Positions 58,973-64,000 of a stretch of DNA of 64,000 nucleotides are shown here, one piece after another (the first letter of the stretch is position 1; each line of letters starts with the position of its first letter). Origin of the DNA: the human T2T-CHM13v2.0 reference genome, Homo sapiens; the NCBI RefSeq assembly GCF_009914755.1, contig NC_060935.1. One strand, written 5' to 3'. The notes beneath the pieces are model-generated. The model did no database searches. It was given only the letters and a program-made list of their open reading frames with translations, and was not told the origin of the DNA. The translations under genes were made by a program, and so were the position numbers.

Positions 58973-59607
58973 CGATTCACCCTTGAATAACACAGCCTGC
59001 CTCTCCCGCCTCCCCTTCCATCTCCTCCACCTCTTCTGCCTCTGCCATCCCTGAGACAGCAAAACCAACCCCTCCTTGCCTCCTTCTTTCTCCTGGGAAT
59101 GTCCACTCTTTTGGCTTCCCTGAGCCACGTTGGAAGAAGAAGAATTGTCTTGGGCCACACATGAAATACACTAACACTAACAATAGCTGATGAGCTTAAA
59201 AGAAAAAAAATCACAAAAAAGTCTCATAATGTTTTAAGAAAGTTTATGAATTTGTGTTAGACAGCATTCAAAGTTGTCCTGGGCCACATGCAGCCGTGAG
59301 CCGTAAGTTTGACAAGCTTGCTCTACTCAACGTGAAGACAACCAGGATAAAGACTATTATGATAATCTACTTACACTTAATGAAGAGTAAATATATTTTA
59401 TTTCCTTATGGTTTTCTTAGTAACATTTTCTTTTCTCTAACTTCCTTTATTGTAAGAATATGGTATAAAATACATATAACATACAAACTATGTGTTAATA
59501 TGTATGTTATCAATAAGGCTTACCATCACCAGTAGACTATTAGTAGTTTTCGGGGAGTACAAAGTTATACACGGATTTTTGACTGTGCATTGTTTAAGGG
59601 TCAACTG
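58973..59607 (+). mobile_element. Tigger2-type (MER28-like) DNA transposon with nested MER30-like MITE (59093-59320)
   Basis: TIR remnants c.attcacccttgaa / ttaagggtcaactg with TA on both sides. The insert reads gtccactcttttggcttccctg...gacaagcttg. Confidence 0.82.
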
Positions 59608-61314
59608 TAGTTTAAAGTCTGAGCTTCCTTAACTCTGTTCCCTAGGATTTCTTAGCCTTCACCTTGCCCTTTTTCCTAAATTTTCTCTTAATATTTCTCA
59701 ACCCTAAGCTGTGACCTTTGACCCCTGTGGATTTGTTACCCTAAGAAAATCCCACAAACACCCTAACAATCCCCAGGCCTGAATGACCACACACAATGGG
59801 TATGGATTCCCCACCTAGAGTCAGACAACCCTCCAGCACCATTTTCTCTACAAACCTTCAGTTCCACTCAAGAAGCAACTGATGTGTGTTACTGGTTTGG
59901 TGGCTGAACCTCATGCATGGGGTGGAACAGAAAGAAGGCTATAAAGTCGGTAAGACACGTGCCCTGCATTCAAAGAACTCCTACCGGTGACAATAACTCA
60001 CAACACCAGGTTTCAAAGCACTGTCCTGACTACTAGCTCTTAAAACAACCCAATGAAGAGAATGTGGAGATTAGTATGAGAATTCCCATATTCCAGATGA
60101 AGACATTGAAGTTCAGAGAGTTGAAATGTTTTGCTTAAGTTCACAAGTAGTAGATGTACAACCAAGTCTCAAAGTCAGATTTTTTTTACTTCAAATGATA
60201 ATTTGCATGCAAAGCACTCATAATAGGAACTGAATTATTGATGAGCATTCTTCATTATTGTTTATCCAAATTCCATGCCCTTTCCAACAGAAGGGAAAGA
60301 GTGTGCATTTTAAAAACAAACAGGCTGTGATTAATTACAAACACAGGTGTTTAAAGAAACCAGATATTAATATACACTTACAAGCCAAGGAACTATATTC
60401 ATCTTTTAAGGAACTTGGTAATGAATGTGGGTTGGGAAAACTTTTGGAGACATGATAGTTTTAAAAAGGGTAGTATTTGTATGGGGAGAGAGAAGAATCA
60501 GGGGCCTTCCAGACAGGGGGTACTGAAGTTAGCATGCACATTTTACCAATTTATACAACTCAGCTATGAGGCCAAGCATTGAAGATGCAGAAATAAATAA
60601 GACAAGGTCGCTGCCCTGGAGGAAATTACAGTCCAAAGCTGATGCTTTTCTATGGGACTGTCAGGGAGGATATCCAGGAAAGTAGGCAACTCGAGCTCAG
60701 ATACTGAAAGGGCCTTGAATGGCAGTCCAGGGAATTCGGAGTTTATCCTGCCGGCAAGGGGTTGTGAAGAGGACTTTTCCTCCAACCCCTTTGTCCTGGT
60801 CTTGGACAAAGAGCCACACATGACATAGCCTCACAGTCCCCCTTTAGCTACCTCCCCCACTACCCCGCCCCAAAGCTCATTATTCTGTAATCAGTTCGGA
60901 GAACCACAAGACAAGGCGATAAATCTGGTCCTTAGTGACACTCCTCTTTCCCCTCCCCCAAGCCTTTGTTCCTCCCTTTGTCTGGAGATGAAGCCTCCCA
61001 CCCACCCACCGGCTGGAGCTTCCAGGCTCCCTCCCTTCCCAGCCCCTCCTCTCTCTCAAGCGCCCCTGCAAATGGGCTTTATGGTTTCCACGGAAACCAG
61101 AGAGGCCCAGGAGCCAGGGGGTCTTTTGCAAAAACACTGTTTGTGCCACCATTTGGGGTGGCAGAGACAGTGAGAAAGTGCAAAAACAGCTTACAAATGC
61201 CTGCCCATCATGCTCTCGATCTGGTTTAAGTGGGGAAAGAGGAACTGAGCTCATTTCCACTTCAAAGGGGCTGTGTTGGGTTAAGTCCAAACTCAGCCTG
61301 GCAGCCCTAAAGGA

Positions 61315-61590
61315 ACACACATATGCACAGGCGCACACACACACACAGACACACACACACACACAGACACACACACACACAAAGACACACACACACAGAC
61401 ACACACACACACAAAGACACAAAGACACACACACACAGATACACACACTCATATACATACCCAGTCACACTCATATAAACACAAACATAAACACACACAC
61501 ACTCCTATACCTACCCGCACAGCCACACTCAAGCACAAACATATACACACACACACACTTTCACACATACACACAAATCCACACTCACCA
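61315..61590. repeat. compound (CA)n/(CACAGA)n microsatellite
   Basis: Directly visible; explains ORFs 60880..61458 and 61178..61648. Confidence 0.92.
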
Positions 61591-62624
61591 GCCCCGCCTT
61601 TCCCAGTACAGCTGGGCTCAGTCCACTAAGAAAACAAACCTTCCATAAGACAGCCCTGCACTTAGAACACCCTCTGTACATTCCCAGGATGCAAAAACCC
61701 TTCCAATGACCACACCCTCAGAAGCCCCCATCCCCCAGCCCCTTGTGCCTCAGTCCCCTGGTCTTAAAACTGACAGTTCAAAACTTGCTTCTTGCCTCTT
61801 TAAGCACCTGGTGACAGGAGAGTCACAGATGCTGCAGACTGGAAGCCCCCCACCCCTGTCGGCTTTCCCACGTGATCCCAGCAGAAGCCATTGATCCTGC
61901 TCAACAGGACAAAGGATGGTGGGCAAGTGATAAATGAGGACAGGAGAGAAACATTTCATTTCCCACTTTGATGGGTTCCAGCCTGAAGATCCAGACCCCT
62001 AAGATTGTATTCAGGTTGGAAAGGCACCCTCCAAGTACCAGTAGTATTTTCAGGGTTCTGTGGATGCTGGACAAGCCATAGCAGTGCAGGGGAATGAAAG
62101 TGTGCAGCCTCTATCTTTGTAACAAGTAACAGCATTCCAGATTGTACTCATCGGCCATTACAAAGCAGTCTGGAATCTGGTGGGTGGTTCTGGTGTTCCA
62201 GCTTAATTTTTTAGTAAATAAAATAACCTAGGGATTAGTTCTTATCCAGCACAGTCTGCTTGGGAGACCAGATATTTCTGAGCATCAGGGGGTCTTGGTG
62301 GTGGGGAAACACAGAGGTCAAGCCCCTTGAGTCGGTGCTTTATGTAGGGCCCACCCGAAGTCCTTGCTTAGTTTACTCTGTACCTCTACTTTGCATTAAT
62401 TCTTTACTCCTCAAAGGGAAAATAAGAGACCCCTCCTCTTCCTCTGCCTAGATCTCACCCCTGAATGTGGAGTGGAATTTAAATCTGGTCCTGTCTCTGC
62501 TTAAATCATTTATCCACCACCTGAGTGGCAACTTGGTGTAGTAGATTTGGGTTCCAACTTTTCTGGGTCCCTAACCTGACTCTTTCAATTGCAATATTGC
62601 CTTAGCAAAGTTCATTTAACTCTA

Positions 62625-63183
<559 letters not shown>

Positions 63184-64000
63184 ATCAAGATTTCATTTCT
63201 TATAGCCAAATAGTGTTCCATTGTGTATATACACCATATTTTCTTTATTCATCCATTAATAGACACTCAGGTTGATTTCATATCTTTGCTATGGTGAAAT
63301 GTGCCACAATAAACATGAGAGTAAAGGTATAACCTGATACACTGATTTCCTTTCTTTTTCTTTTTTTTTTTTTTTGATAAATACCCAGCAGTGGGATTGC
63401 TTGGATCAAATGGTAATTCTATTTTTAGTTTTTTGAGAAATCACCATACTGTTTTCCATGGTGGCTGTACTAATTTACATCCCCACCAACAGTGTATAAG
63501 AGTTCCCTTTTCTCCACATCCTTGCCAGCGTCTTTGACTCTAAATTTTATCTGCAAAATAGATAGAATAACATAGGACCCTCTCCTCAAGACAGTTGCAG
63601 GGATTGCAAGATAACAATACTAAAATGCCCTGCAAAAGTGTGTTCAAAGCACACTACTTCTCTTCAGTGTGCTGGTAGATGTGAAACAACATTAATCATG
63701 TTCTCTCTTGCCATGTTGTTTATCTCAAGGAGGCAATAGATCTTATATGTGCACATTAATGCCTAGTGTCTCTACACCAGTCCCTCACTACCCATGAAAA
63801 TTAATTTTGAACCAATCAATTTTGAGTGCCTAATGTGTATTCTCAGCACAAAGATCCAAGCAAAACTGTAAAGTGCAAAAAAGAAAAATTTCATTGTTAC
63901 TTATGTACAAACAATTTACTGAGCAATTTGACCCCACATACCAAGCACTGCAGACGACCAGGGGGTGAGTAAAATGCAATCACTTTCAACCAAACAGTAC

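Noticed and set aside
60880-61648. ORFs of 192 aa and 156 aa
   Set aside because: Produced by the (CA)n microsatellite (CV and HT repeats).

Overview
This is primate, almost certainly human, genomic DNA: it is dense in Alu, MIR, L1, L2, MaLR and MER repeats. It contains one protein-coding gene that I recognise as LRRC55, the gamma-3 auxiliary subunit of the BK (KCNMA1/Slo1) channel; from memory the human locus is 11q12.1. The + strand CDS is 29464-30124 joined to 34667-34902 (298 aa: signal peptide, LRRNT, LRRs, LRRCT, one TM, short acidic tail). A 3'UTR of about 4.2 kb runs to an AATAAA at 39115. A CpG/G-rich promoter-like block lies at about 27.3-28.2 kb. The rest is mostly interspersed repeats, many nested and with readable target-site duplications. 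The most unusual signal is in the LRRC55 intron. It carries a diverged, indel-free copy of one of the gene's own LRR-coding segments (31067-31141, 59/75 nt identical to 29935-30009). The splice-site phases around this copy would connect exon 1, the copy and a second upstream acceptor of exon 2 (34591) in a single open frame. Other leads are an unexplained splice acceptor upstream of the first coding exon, a TATA + perfect donor candidate first exon, a MADE1/miR-548-like hairpin cluster in the 3'UTR, and a THE1 element whose LTR ends at an internal CA with the TSD kept. All splicing and functional claims are sequence-based inference; no expression data were available. Repeat subfamily names come from recalled consensus sequences, and boundaries without a TSD are approximate.
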